In this document: positions 37,423-46,794 of the stretch, piece by piece
How positions within the stretch are numbered: the first letter of the stretch is position 1
Layout of the letters: each line of letters opens with the position of its first letter
NCBI GenBank assembly: GCA_003151625.1
Contig: PLYC01000013.1
Coordinates: 93,210 to 157,209, forward strand
Direction: 5' to 3'
Length of the DNA: 64,000 nt
Source of the DNA: Candidatus Doudnabacteria bacterium
GTDB taxonomy: Bacteria; Patescibacteriota; Doudnabacteria; UBA920
The notes under the pieces: model-generated
What the model saw: only the letters and a program-made list of their open reading frames with translations
What the model was told of the DNA's origin: nothing
Database searches by the model: none
Made by a program: the position numbers and the translations under genes

Positions 37423-40400
37423 ATGACCTTTACCCATCTCCACTGCCATTCCCATTACTCCTTGCTGGACGGCCTTTCCAAGACCGAGCCGCTTATTGAG
37501 CGCGCCAAAGAGCTGGGAATGGACGCCTTGGCCGTGACCGACCACGGCGTTATGTACGGCACAATAGAATTTTACAACAAGTGCCGGGAGGTTGGGGTTA
37601 AACCGATTATCGGCCTGGAAGCATACATCGCGCCGCGGGGTATGGACGAAAAAGAAGGAAAAATAGACGCGGATTACCACCATTTAATTTTGCTCGCGCA
37701 AAATGATGCCGGGTATAAAAATTTAATTAAATTGACGACCGAGGCGCACCTGCGGGGTTTTTACTATAAGCCGCGGATAGATCTGGAGTTATTAACCAAG
37801 CACAGCGAAGGTTTGGTTTGCCTTACCGGATGCCAGCGCGGGGAAATTGCCCGCGCGGTAACAAACAAATCCGAAGACGAGGCGCAAAAAGTTTTGGAAA
37901 AATATCTGGCTATTTTTACTCACGAGCGGTTGTTCGTGGAAATCCAAAGAAACAGCAGAGTGAGAAATTCAAAAGAAGATGAGCTTAATCAAAAACTGAT
38001 TAAGCTGGCCAAAAAAAATAATTTAAACGTAGTTGCCACCGCCGACTGCCACTATATATACCCGGAGGACGCGGAAGCCCAGGATATTTTGGTGTGCATT
38101 GGCACCGGACGCACGGTTAATGACATAGATCGTCTGGATATGCGTAGCCACGATCTTTCTTTAAAATCCGCAGAGCAAATGATGGAACTTTTTGCCGATA
38201 TTCCGGAAGCCGTGGAAAATACGCAAAAAGTTGTAGACTTGTGCAATTTGGAAATTTTAATTGACCAGCGCTATTTCCCAAAGGTAAAAATCCCCGAAGG
38301 CTTGACCTCGGAACAATATTTAATAAATACGACTTACGAAAAGGCTTTGCCGCTTTACGGCAAAGACGGAGCCATCCCTGAGGAAATAAAAAAACGCATA
38401 GATTATGAACTGAATATTATTTGCAAAAAAGGTTTTGACACCTATTTTTTAATGGTGGCCGACGTGGTTCAGGGCGCGCATAAAACTGGCGCCATTACCA
38501 ACACCAGAGGCAGTGCGGCCGGTTCCATTGTGGGAAAAATTTTGGGAATAACGAATGTCGATCCCTTGTATTACGAACTGCCCTTTGAGCGTTTTTTAAC
38601 TATGCATCGCCCAACCCCGCCCGATATTGACCTAGATATTGCCGACAACCGGCGCGATGAGGCCATAGAATATATTACCGAACATTACGGCAAAGACAAA
38701 GTCGCGCAAATTATAACTTTTGGAACAATGGCTGCCAGGGCTGCAGTACGCGATGCCGGTCGCGCCTTGGCTGTTCCGTATTCAAAATGCGATCAAATTG
38801 CCAAAATGATTCCCATTGGCAAACAGGGTTTCCAAATGACACTGGATAAAGCTTTGGAAAAAAGTCCGGAACTGAAAGAAATTTATGAACGTGATCCCGA
38901 GACCCGCCATGTTCTGGAAATTGCCAAAAAATTGGAAGGCTGCGCCCGCCATGCCTCTATGCACGCGGCCGGGATTGTTATTACCCCAACTCCGCTGACC
39001 GACTATATGCCGCTCCAAAAAGAACCGGACGGCGAAAGAATTATTACGCAGTACGACATGTACGCGCTGGACGTTAACGCCAACGGCAAAGCTTTGGGCG
39101 TGGTTAAGCTCGACCTTTTGGGAATTCGCAATTTATCGATTTTGGAATCTGCCGTAAAAACCGCTGAAAAGCGGCACGGAGTCAAGATTGACATTTATAA
39201 TCTCCTCCACCCCGATCCAAAAACATTTAAGTTACTTTCAGAAGGCCTGACTTTCGGCGTTTTCCAGCTGGGGTCTTCCGGCATGACCCGCTATTTGCGG
39301 GAGTTGGAGCCTTCCACAATTTTTGACATTATGGCCATGATAGCCCTATACCGCCCGGGCCCAATGCAATTTATCCCCGACTATATTGCGCGCAAGCACG
39401 ACAAAAGCCTGATAAAATATTTTGACTCGGCTCTGGAGAAAATTTTGCACCGCACTTACGGGATTTTAGTTTACCAGGACGATTTGTTGACCATCGCGCA
39501 CGACTTGGCCGGCTATACCTGGGAAGAAGTGGACAAGTTCCGCAAAGCCGTGGGTAAAAAAATTCCCGAGGATATGGCCAAGCAAAAAATTAAATTTGTC
39601 CAGGGTTGCCAGGATACCAGTAAGTGGTCTTACCAAAAAGCCGAGCAAATTTGGACGTGGATTGAGCCGTTCGCGGCTTACGGTTTTAACAAAGCGCACT
39701 CCGCCTCCTATTCCGTGGTTTCCTACCAGACCGCCTATATGAAGGCGAATTTTCCCGTGGAATTTATGGCCGCGTTTATGACCGCCGAGTCCGGCGATGA
39801 AGACAAAATTTATGAAGCCGTGGAAGACTGCGAACAGATGGGAATTAAAGTTTTGCCCCCGGACGTTAACGAAAGCTTAGGTGATTTTACAGTAGTCGAC
39901 GAAAAAACTATTCGGTTTGGCTTGAACGCGATTAAGAATTTAGGGAGTGATGTAATAGAGAAGATTATAGATTTAAGATTAAAGATTGAAGAAGACGCAA
40001 GTTTGGATTCCGGCCTTAATCTTAAATCTTCCAACTTAAATCTTTTTAACTCTCTAGAGGACTTCCTTCTAAAATCCCACACCAAAAATCTCAACAAAAA
40101 ATCCTGGGAAGCTTTGGTCAAAGCGGGTGCTCTGGATACTTTTGGCGAACGCGGCCAATTGTTGAATAACACAGAAGAAGTTTTGGACTTTGTGCGGCAG
40201 CATTTTAAAAATGAAGCCAGCGGCCAAAATTCGCTGTTTGGAAAATCGGTTGATGCCGGAAAAATAAAACTTCGCCCGTCCCAGCCGGCCACCAAAGAGG
40301 AAAAACTGCTTTGGGAAAAGGAACATTTGGGCATGTATGTTTCCGCACACCCGCTTGACGTTTACAGTAAAGTACTTTCCACGCTTAGAACAGTAAAAAG

Positions 40401-40932
40401 TTTGTCGCTCGATGAGCTTGGGGCGAACGTGGTTATGGGTGGAATAATTTCGCGGCTAAAAAAAACCTTAACGCGTAAAAACGATCCCATGGCATTTTTT
40501 ACCTTGGAAGATATGACCGGCAGTATTGAAGTTTTGGTTTTTCCAAAAGTTATGGAAAAAAGCCTGCCATTTTTAACCGACGACAGGATTGTGCAGGTTA
40601 TTGGGAGACTTTCCGATAAAGATGAGGAATTTAAATTAATTGCCGATGAAATAAAAGAACTGCCGAGCGACGATTTGTACAATATGGCGCTTTCGGAAAT
40701 GGAAAGAAGCAAGCAGGTGGTTATTCACATGCAAAGCCTGGCAAATATGGAAGCTTTAAACAAGATTAAAGATATTTTGCAAAAACATCCGGGCAATGTC
40801 CAAGTGTTTCTCTCGGTCGGCTCCGGCCGCCTCGCCAAAAAAATAAAAACCCAAAGCCAGGTGGCGATGAGTAATGAGCTAATGGCGGAGCTGAGGTCGG
40901 TTTCAGAGATTGCTATGGTGGATACGAATTAG
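37423..40932 (+). CDS. dnaE: DNA polymerase III alpha subunit
   Basis: HLHCHSHYSLLDG PHP domain, RGSAAGS, PDIDLD, YGFNKAHS; start ATG 37423. Confidence 0.98.
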   Translation: MTFTHLHCHSHYSLLDGLSKTEPLIERAKELGMDALAVTDHGVMYGTIEFYNKCREVGVKPIIGLEAYIAPRGMDEKEGKIDADYHHLILLAQNDAGYKNLIKLTTEAHLRGFYYKPRIDLELLTKHSEGLVCLTGCQRGEIARAVTNKSEDEAQKVLEKYLAIFTHERLFVEIQRNSRVRNSKEDELNQKLIKLAKKNNLNVVATADCHYIYPEDAEAQDILVCIGTGRTVNDIDRLDMRSHDLSLKSAEQMMELFADIPEAVENTQKVVDLCNLEILIDQRYFPKVKIPEGLTSEQYLINTTYEKALPLYGKDGAIPEEIKKRIDYELNIICKKGFDTYFLMVADVVQGAHKTGAITNTRGSAAGSIVGKILGITNVDPLYYELPFERFLTMHRPTPPDIDLDIADNRRDEAIEYITEHYGKDKVAQIITFGTMAARAAVRDAGRALAVPYSKCDQIAKMIPIGKQGFQMTLDKALEKSPELKEIYERDPETRHVLEIAKKLEGCARHASMHAAGIVITPTPLTDYMPLQKEPDGERIITQYDMYALDVNANGKALGVVKLDLLGIRNLSILESAVKTAEKRHGVKIDIYNLLHPDPKTFKLLSEGLTFGVFQLGSSGMTRYLRELEPSTIFDIMAMIALYRPGPMQFIPDYIARKHDKSLIKYFDSALEKILHRTYGILVYQDDLLTIAHDLAGYTWEEVDKFRKAVGKKIPEDMAKQKIKFVQGCQDTSKWSYQKAEQIWTWIEPFAAYGFNKAHSASYSVVSYQTAYMKANFPVEFMAAFMTAESGDEDKIYEAVEDCEQMGIKVLPPDVNESLGDFTVVDEKTIRFGLNAIKNLGSDVIEKIIDLRLKIEEDASLDSGLNLKSSNLNLFNSLEDFLLKSHTKNLNKKSWEALVKAGALDTFGERGQLLNNTEEVLDFVRQHFKNEASGQNSLFGKSVDAGKIKLRPSQPATKEEKLLWEKEHLGMYVSAHPLDVYSKVLSTLRTVKSLSLDELGANVVMGGIISRLKKTLTRKNDPMAFFTLEDMTGSIEVLVFPKVMEKSLPFLTDDRIVQVIGRLSDKDEEFKLIADEIKELPSDDLYNMALSEMERSKQVVIHMQSLANMEALNKIKDILQKHPGNVQVFLSVGSGRLAKKIKTQSQVAMSNELMAELRSVSEIAMVDTN

Positions 40933-41389
40933 TTTGTAGTTGGTAGTTGGTAGTTTGTAGCCAAACAGCGGATGTAGCGGCGGCCACTGGCCGCCGTTTA
41001 TGTCACGTTGCGATCTGTCAGTATATAAAAAAGTTCAACGCGGGCTCCAGAGAAAAGACAATCTCTGAAGTCCGCGTTATTGAATACCGCCGCGAGGGGC
41101 GGCTGGGGTTGTGGGTCGCGCCGCGCCGGGAATCTGGCGGGCGGGTTGCGCTGAATGGGATCTGCTGCTCGCTAGCCGTCGTTGGCATGGGTGATAACCC
41201 ATCTTAGGGCTATCCCAAGAAGCAGAAAGGAGACAGCGAGGATTGTCCAATCTTTTGGCGTGAGATGGGTGAGGTCTTCCCAGAAGTCCCGCATGGGAAT
41301 CTGTTCCTCGATCAGGAGCGCTATAGGGAGGATCATTGCATATCTCCAGTTGGCCTGCCACCATGTCTTCGGTGGCAGGGATTGAGAAG

Positions 41390-41560
41390 CTACGGCTTCG
41401 TCTGACTGCTGGGGGCATTCGCTTGGCGAAGCGCCGCCGTCAGATCGCTGTCGGCGCTGGTGTGCTTTTTGCTCCACCAATAGCTTGCGGCGAAGCCCAG
41501 GACTACAAACAAAAATGCGGCCACGATCACGTAAAACGGGTTTCCTATGATGGTTTGCAT
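41390..41560 (-). CDS. Small membrane protein
   Basis: MQTIIGNPFYVIVAAFLFVVLGFAASYWW..., GGAG upstream. Confidence 0.45.
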   Translation of the reverse strand: MQTIIGNPFYVIVAAFLFVVLGFAASYWWSKKHTSADSDLTAALRQANAPSSQTKP

Positions 41561-41763
41561 TTTCTCTCCAGTGTGGTAAATTCGCAAACAAACCGCTGGT
41601 TCACCCTTGTTGGTAAATCCTCCTGCGGTTTGTTTCGCTAGGCTCAAAATAGCACTACCGTGCCTTGGCGTCAATGCCTTAAAAAATGACCTCGGATACG
41701 GGCTTTGGATTTGTCGTAAATATGACGAACAGTAGTGCTAAATTTAGGGTGTGGAAAACATTC

Positions 41764-41792
41764 TTGTCAGAGTTTTATTGGTATGTTATAGT
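41764..41792 (+). promoter_or_regulatory. Sigma70 promoter of the thrS leader
   Basis: TTGTCA-17 bp-TATAGT with extended TG. Confidence 0.75.
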
Positions 41793-41798
41793 AATTTC

Positions 41799-41997
41799 AG
41801 TTCATCAAGCGTTGATCCGAACAACCAATTCGGGGAGTTTGAAACAAATTGTAATAAATCTGTTATGTTCTAGAGCCATAACGGATGAAAAGTTTTCTGA
41901 TGCTAAACATCAGGAAAATTCTGGGACGGAAACGTCCTGCGCAGCAGGGCCCCAGGATTGGGTTATCAAATTTTGATAGCTTAATCTTGGGGCTTTT
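41799..41997 (+). ncRNA. Putative non-canonical T-box riboswitch (Thr, ACC specifier)
   Basis: K-turn short stem I with ACC in the apical loop, stems II and III, antiterminator CUGGG-A-CGGAAAC-GUCCUGC/GCAGGGC-CCCAG overlapping a terminator; upstream of thrS. Confidence 0.72.
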
Positions 41998-42015
41998 ACG
42001 TATTTTAAAGTCCCA

Positions 42016-42457
42016 TTAGTGTGTCATCCCGACCGAGTCGAATGCATCTGAGGCGAGTGGAGGAATCCCTTATCTTTTGTTTATGCAAGACAGGCAGTAT
42101 TTTGTATACATAATGGCCAGCCATAGCGGAACTTTATATATTGGAGTTACTAGTGACTTGTATAAAAGAGTTTATCAGCACAAAAATAATTTAATTGAAG
42201 GTTTTACCAAGAAGTATGAGTGCCATAAGTTAATTTATTTTGAAGATACTTCAGATGTCGAAGGTGCAATTTTAAGAGAAAAGCAACTAAAGAACTGGAA
42301 CAGAAAGAAGAAAGAATTTTTAATTAAAACAAAAAATCCAAGTTGGAAAGATTTAAGCTTAGATTGGAAATAGCTAATATTTAAGGGATCCCCCACTCCC
42401 CCTCGACTCGTCACCCAAAGGGTGACTCGCCCGGGGTAGGTCGGGATGACACACTAA
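42016..42457. mobile_element. GIY-YIG gene cassette bounded by 19-bp perfect terminal inverted repeats
   Basis: ttagtgtgtcatcccgacc (42016-42034) / ggtcgggatgacacactaa (42439-42457), plus inner IR gagtggaggaatccctta / taagggatcccccactc. Confidence 0.7.
42083..42373 (+). CDS. GIY-YIG nuclease (stand-alone)
   Basis: YFVYIM..LYIGVT.DL.KRV.QH, AILREKQLKNW, NPSWKDL. Confidence 0.93.
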   Translation: MQDRQYFVYIMASHSGTLYIGVTSDLYKRVYQHKNNLIEGFTKKYECHKLIYFEDTSDVEGAILREKQLKNWNRKKKEFLIKTKNPSWKDLSLDWK

Positions 42458-42466
42458 AGGAAATTT

Positions 42467-44203
42467 ATGAAGGAAAACGAAAAACTCGAACACATCCGCC
42501 ACAGTCTCGCCCACCTTTTAGCCGCGGCGGTAATTAAGTTGTACCCGGGAACAAAACGGACTATTGGACCGGCTATAGATAACGGCTTTTATTATGACTT
42601 TGAATTTAAGGAACCGATAACGGACAAAGATTTGCCCAAGATTGAAAAGGAAATGAAAAAGCTTCTAAAGACCTGGACGACTTTTGAGCGCCGTGAAATA
42701 ACGGCCGATGAAGCAAGGGAAATTTTTAAAGACAATCCATATAAACTGGAACTCATCGAGGAATTCTCAAAAGAAGGCCAGACTCTTACTATGTACAAGT
42801 CCAGCCAGTACTTTGAGGACTTGTGCCGCGGCGGCCATGCGGAAGATATGTCCAAAATAGACCCGGATTCTTTTAAGCTAAATAAAGTTGCCGGAGCCTA
42901 CTGGCGCGGGGACGAGAAAAACAAAATGCTGACCCGTATTTATGGCTTGGCTTTTGAAACCAAAGAAGATTTGGAAAGTTACCTTAAAATGATGGAAGAA
43001 GCCGAAAAGCGCGACCACAAAATACTTGGCCCAAAACATGAGCTGTTTATGTTCCATCCCACAGCGCCGGGGATGCCATATTGGCTGCCTAAGGGAGTAA
43101 TTTTGTACAATCAGCTAATAGATTTTTGGCGCAAAGAGCACACCAAGCGCGGGTACCAGGAAATTGTTTCTCCTTTGTTGAATAAAAAGGATCTATACGT
43201 GACTTCCGGGCACTTTGACCACTATTGGTCGGATATGTTTGTGGCCAACATGGGTGAAAATGAGGAATACGGCATTAAAGCCATGAACTGCCCTAATGCC
43301 ATGATAGTCTTTGGCCATAAATTGCGCAGTTATAAAGACCTGCCTTTGCGGTTAAGCGATACCGATATGCTGCACCGCTATGAAGGATCGGGCTCTTTAA
43401 ACGGCTTGCTTAGGGTGCGTGAATTTCGCCAGGACGACGCCCATATTTTTATTACCGAAGACCAAATTGAAGCGGAATACGAACGGGTGTTTGAAATTAC
43501 AAAATTATTTTATGGTGTTTTTGGATTGGAGTACAACTACAGGTTGGGTACCAGGCCGGAAAAATTTTTGGGCGATGTTGAGACCTGGAATAAAGCCGAG
43601 GCGTCGCTTAAAAAAATTCTTGAGCACAGCGGACGGAAATATTCCATAGAAGAAGGCGACGGCGCGTTTTACGGTCCGAAGGTAGATATTTTAATGAAAG
43701 ACGCAATAGGCCGGGAGTGGCAAATGGGAACCATTCAGCTGGACTTCCAGCAGCCGCGCAGGTTTGAACTTGAGTACATTGCCGAAGACGGCAGCAGAAA
43801 AACGCCGGTAGCCATTCACCGCGTAATTTACGGCTCCTTGGAAAGATTTATTGGTTTGCTTATTGAGCATTATGCCGCGGCTTTTCCCGTGTGGCTGTCC
43901 CCTGTTCAGGTTGCGGTGTTGCCGATATCGGAAAACCAAGTTGAGTACGCGAAAGAAACAATTAACAATTTACAATTAACAATTAACGATCTTCGGGTTG
44001 AGCTGGATGACCGGTCCGAATCCATAGGCAAAAAAATCCGTGAGGCGACAATGCAAAAAATTCCTTATCAGTTGATAATCGGCGAAAAGGAAGTGGCGGC
44101 CGGAAAAATTGCTATCCGCCTCCGTGACGGAACGGACTTGGGGCAGATGGCGCTAGATGAATTTGTTGATAAAATAAATTTGGAAATCAAAGACAAAAAG
44201 TAA
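42467..44203 (+). CDS. thrS: Threonine--tRNA ligase (no N-terminal TGS domain)
   Basis: HSLAH, DLCRGGH, KAMNCP, QDDAH, GAFYGPK, IHR. Confidence 0.98.
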   Translation: MKENEKLEHIRHSLAHLLAAAVIKLYPGTKRTIGPAIDNGFYYDFEFKEPITDKDLPKIEKEMKKLLKTWTTFERREITADEAREIFKDNPYKLELIEEFSKEGQTLTMYKSSQYFEDLCRGGHAEDMSKIDPDSFKLNKVAGAYWRGDEKNKMLTRIYGLAFETKEDLESYLKMMEEAEKRDHKILGPKHELFMFHPTAPGMPYWLPKGVILYNQLIDFWRKEHTKRGYQEIVSPLLNKKDLYVTSGHFDHYWSDMFVANMGENEEYGIKAMNCPNAMIVFGHKLRSYKDLPLRLSDTDMLHRYEGSGSLNGLLRVREFRQDDAHIFITEDQIEAEYERVFEITKLFYGVFGLEYNYRLGTRPEKFLGDVETWNKAEASLKKILEHSGRKYSIEEGDGAFYGPKVDILMKDAIGREWQMGTIQLDFQQPRRFELEYIAEDGSRKTPVAIHRVIYGSLERFIGLLIEHYAAAFPVWLSPVQVAVLPISENQVEYAKETINNLQLTINDLRVELDDRSESIGKKIREATMQKIPYQLIIGEKEVAAGKIAIRLRDGTDLGQMALDEFVDKINLEIKDKK

Positions 44204-44220
44204 TCACTTAAGTGCAGTAT

Positions 44221-44254
44221 CCCCTCCCCCTTTGGGGGAGGGTTAGGGAGAGGG
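44221..44254. repeat. Palindromic repeat upstream of the DUF559 gene
   Basis: cccctccccc-ttt-gggggaggg-ttagggagaggg. Confidence 0.75.
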
Positions 44255-44258
44255 TCTT

Positions 44259-44630
44259 ATGGTCAAAATAAAAGTTTACGATCCCAAAATAATTAAGTAT
44301 GCCAGAGAGTTAAGAAAAAACTCCACGCCTCAAGAGAGGAAGTTGTGGAGTTTTTTAAAGTCTTCAAAGTTTTACGGGTTTAAGTTCAGAAGGCAATTTC
44401 CTATCGGCGATTTTATTGTTGACCTTTGCTGTGTAAAAGCTAAGTTAGTAATTGAGTTGGATGGTGGACAGCATTCGGATAAAGAAAGTAAAGATTACGA
44501 TAAAGCGCGCAGTGATTACCTTAATAAAGAGAGCTATCGAGTATTGAGGTTTTGGAATAACGATATTGATAAAAATTCGGAAGGTGTTGGCGAGAAAATT
44601 TACGAAATGCTTATGAATCCTCATCCCTAG
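44259..44630 (+). CDS. DUF559 (Vsr-like) endonuclease
   Basis: ARELRKNST..E.KLW, KFRRQ, IVD, IELDGGQH, D..R..YL, VLRFWN. Confidence 0.93.
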   Translation: MVKIKVYDPKIIKYARELRKNSTPQERKLWSFLKSSKFYGFKFRRQFPIGDFIVDLCCVKAKLVIELDGGQHSDKESKDYDKARSDYLNKESYRVLRFWNNDIDKNSEGVGEKIYEMLMNPHP

Positions 44631-44646
44631 CACTTTTCCAAAAGAA

Positions 44647-44698
44647 CCCTCATCTGTCGCTCGACTGCACTCGCGACATCTTCTCTCAGGGGGAGAAG
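44647..44698. repeat. Double-hairpin repeat downstream of the DUF559 gene
   Basis: ccctcatc-tgtcgc..gcgaca-tcttctctc-ag-ggggagaag. Confidence 0.55.
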
Positions 44699-44712
44699 AG
44701 CTCCGCGATTTG

Positions 44713-45474
44713 CTAAGTCAAAATCCTCATGCCGGTTTTGGTAACCGCGACGGTATGTTCAAAGTGGGCGGAAAGGCCGCCGTCTTTGGTGGAAATGGTC
44801 CAGCCGTCGGGTTCAAACACAACAAAGTAGTCAAACTCGCACAGCATTGGTTCAATGGCCAAAACCATGCCTTCGCGCAAAACTTCCCCCGTCCCCTTTT
44901 TTCCGTAATTCGGCACCATAGGGTCTTCGTGGACTTCGTAGCCCACACCGTGGCCGACTAAATCCCGGACCACGGAAAAACCTGCGGATTCAGCGGTTGT
45001 TTGGGCGCAGAAAGCAATATCGCCAATCCTGTTTCCCGATCTAACCTGCGCTATGGCCGCGGATAAAGATTTTTTTGTCGTTTCCAAAAGCCTTTTTGCA
45101 ACGTCGGAAATTTTTCCTACCGGAACCGTAATGGCCGTGTCGGTAAAGAGGCTCTTATATTCCATGCCAATATCCAGGCCAATAATGTCGCCGTCGCGCA
45201 AAATTACGTCGCGCGACGGTATTCCGTGCACAACCACGGAGTTAACCGAAGTGCACAGCCCGGCCGGAAAAGGGTTCTTTTTCGGGCCGTAATTTTTAAA
45301 GCTGGGTTTTCCCCCGACCCGCGTTATTTCCTGTTCGGCAAATTCATTTAATTCCCATGTAGAAATACCCGGCTTAATCAGTTCGGCCGTAGAATGCAAG
45401 ATATTATGAAGAAGACGTCCGCCTTCGCCGATTATGTTTATTTCTTCAGGAGTTTTAATTAGACCCTTTTTCAT
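44713..45474 (-). CDS. map: Methionine aminopeptidase type I
   Basis: SVN..VVHGIP, GHGVG..VHE, AIEPM, SAHFEHT. Confidence 0.97.
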   Translation of the reverse strand: MKKGLIKTPEEINIIGEGGRLLHNILHSTAELIKPGISTWELNEFAEQEITRVGGKPSFKNYGPKKNPFPAGLCTSVNSVVVHGIPSRDVILRDGDIIGLDIGMEYKSLFTDTAITVPVGKISDVAKRLLETTKKSLSAAIAQVRSGNRIGDIAFCAQTTAESAGFSVVRDLVGHGVGYEVHEDPMVPNYGKKGTGEVLREGMVLAIEPMLCEFDYFVVFEPDGWTISTKDGGLSAHFEHTVAVTKTGMRILT

Positions 45475-46084
45475 AATTTTGGAGTTTTAACAGCAATCTT
45501 TTTCTGGCTTGGAAAATTGTGCCCAGCGTGGAAATTTTCACAAACGGATAAAGTTTTTTAAAATAAGCCACAACCTCCGTAATATTTTTTTTGTAGTAAG
45601 AAATCCTGTTTTTTAAAGCTTTATTATTGTCATCGGGCCGCTTGGAAAATTTTCCCTTAAAATAGGTTTTGCGCGCCGTCATGCGCAGTATGGTTTCTTT
45701 AAGCGGGATGGAAAGATAAATAAATAAAACGCTTCCACGTTTTTCCTGCTTCAGCCATTTGGCCACTAATTTGGCTTCACCCAGCATTTTGGGCGTGCCG
45801 TTAAATAAAATTCCTTGGTTTTTGGGCGTGCTATGAATTTTATCGCGCAATAAATTCCTGACTAATTCCGTGGGCGTGAGCCTGCCGCTATCCAAAGTTT
45901 TATCCAGCTGATATTTTTTTCGCAGTTCTTTATTGTGTTCCAAGCCCCGCAGTTCTCGTCCCATATCCAAATCGTAAAGGTCATATTTGCGCGCCAAAAA
46001 TTGGCCGTGGGTGGCTTTGCCAGCCGCCGGATCGCCAAGCAGTATTATGTTTAGGGGATGTTGATTTTTCATCAGTGTTAACAA
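45455..46084 (-). CDS. Adenylate kinase-like protein (divergent, basic)
   Basis: GDPAAGKAT, NGTPK in place of DG.PR, RPDDN. Confidence 0.8.
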   Translation of the reverse strand: MLTLMKNQHPLNIILLGDPAAGKATHGQFLARKYDLYDLDMGRELRGLEHNKELRKKYQLDKTLDSGRLTPTELVRNLLRDKIHSTPKNQGILFNGTPKMLGEAKLVAKWLKQEKRGSVLFIYLSIPLKETILRMTARKTYFKGKFSKRPDDNNKALKNRISYYKKNITEVVAYFKKLYPFVKISTLGTIFQARKRLLLKLQNYEKGSN

Positions 46085-46120
46085 TGGGCATCATTGTGTA
46101 ACACAATGATGCCCATTGTT
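46080..46120. repeat. Palindrome with perfect 20-bp arms between the two adk-like genes
   Basis: aacaatgggcatcattgtgt-a-acacaatgatgcccattgtt. Confidence 0.85.
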
Positions 46121-46121
46121 G

Positions 46122-46697
46122 TTAACTTAATTTCAAAACTTTATTTATTTCCTTAGTTACTTCCTCTACGCTCGGTGTCCCGTCGATTTCAAAAAAACTG
46201 GATTTTGGTCTTAGAAAATCCAAAACCGGTAAAGTGTCTTCCTCGTACTGTTTTAGCCTAAATTCAATTTTTTCCCTGGTGTCGTCCGCTCTTTTTTCAA
46301 TCTCGGCTCTTTTAAGGAGTCTGGCGATAGATTCCTCCCTGGGTAAATTAACAAACAGAGTGGCAAAATCTTTACGCCCCTGATTTAACAAAAATTTTAT
46401 TAAATGTTCGGCCTGGGCCACGCGGCGGGGAATGCCGTCAAAAATAATCCCTACATTATGGGCGATTTCGCCAAGCCGGTTGTCTACAACTTCGTAAAGC
46501 TGTTCGTCGGTTAACAGGACGCCGGAGTCAATCAAATTTTTAATTTTTTTCCCCAGAGGGCTGTCACTTGACCCGACTTCCCGTAAAATCCCTCCCATTT
46601 CCCAGTAAAAAAAGTTGAGTTTTTTTGCCAGAATTCGTGCCTGCGTGCCTTTGCCAGACCCCTGCGGGCCAATAAAGAAAATGGTATTTAGATTCAT
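46122..46697 (-). CDS. adk: Adenylate kinase (short LID)
   Basis: GPQGSGKGTQA, DGIPR, RADD. Confidence 0.9.
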   Translation of the reverse strand: MNLNTIFFIGPQGSGKGTQARILAKKLNFFYWEMGGILREVGSSDSPLGKKIKNLIDSGVLLTDEQLYEVVDNRLGEIAHNVGIIFDGIPRRVAQAEHLIKFLLNQGRKDFATLFVNLPREESIARLLKRAEIEKRADDTREKIEFRLKQYEEDTLPVLDFLRPKSSFFEIDGTPSVEEVTKEINKVLKLS

Positions 46698-46794
46698 TTA
46701 AAATAAATTAAAATATTAAGCTTAGTTTATCAAAATTTGGGATTTAAATCAAGTTGTGTTATAATAAATTAAATTTTTCAGACAGAAACAAAAA

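Noticed and set aside
41077-41674. Several overlapping ORFs after dnaE
   Set aside because: Mutually overlapping and without motifs; only the short TM ORF 41390-41560 was kept, at low confidence.
41686-41976. 96-aa ORF, or a hammerhead ribozyme (ctgatg, ggacggaaacgtcc)
   Set aside because: The ORF spans a promoter and structured leader; the hammerhead core order CUGANGA-stem-GAAA is not met. The T-box-like fold explains the region better.
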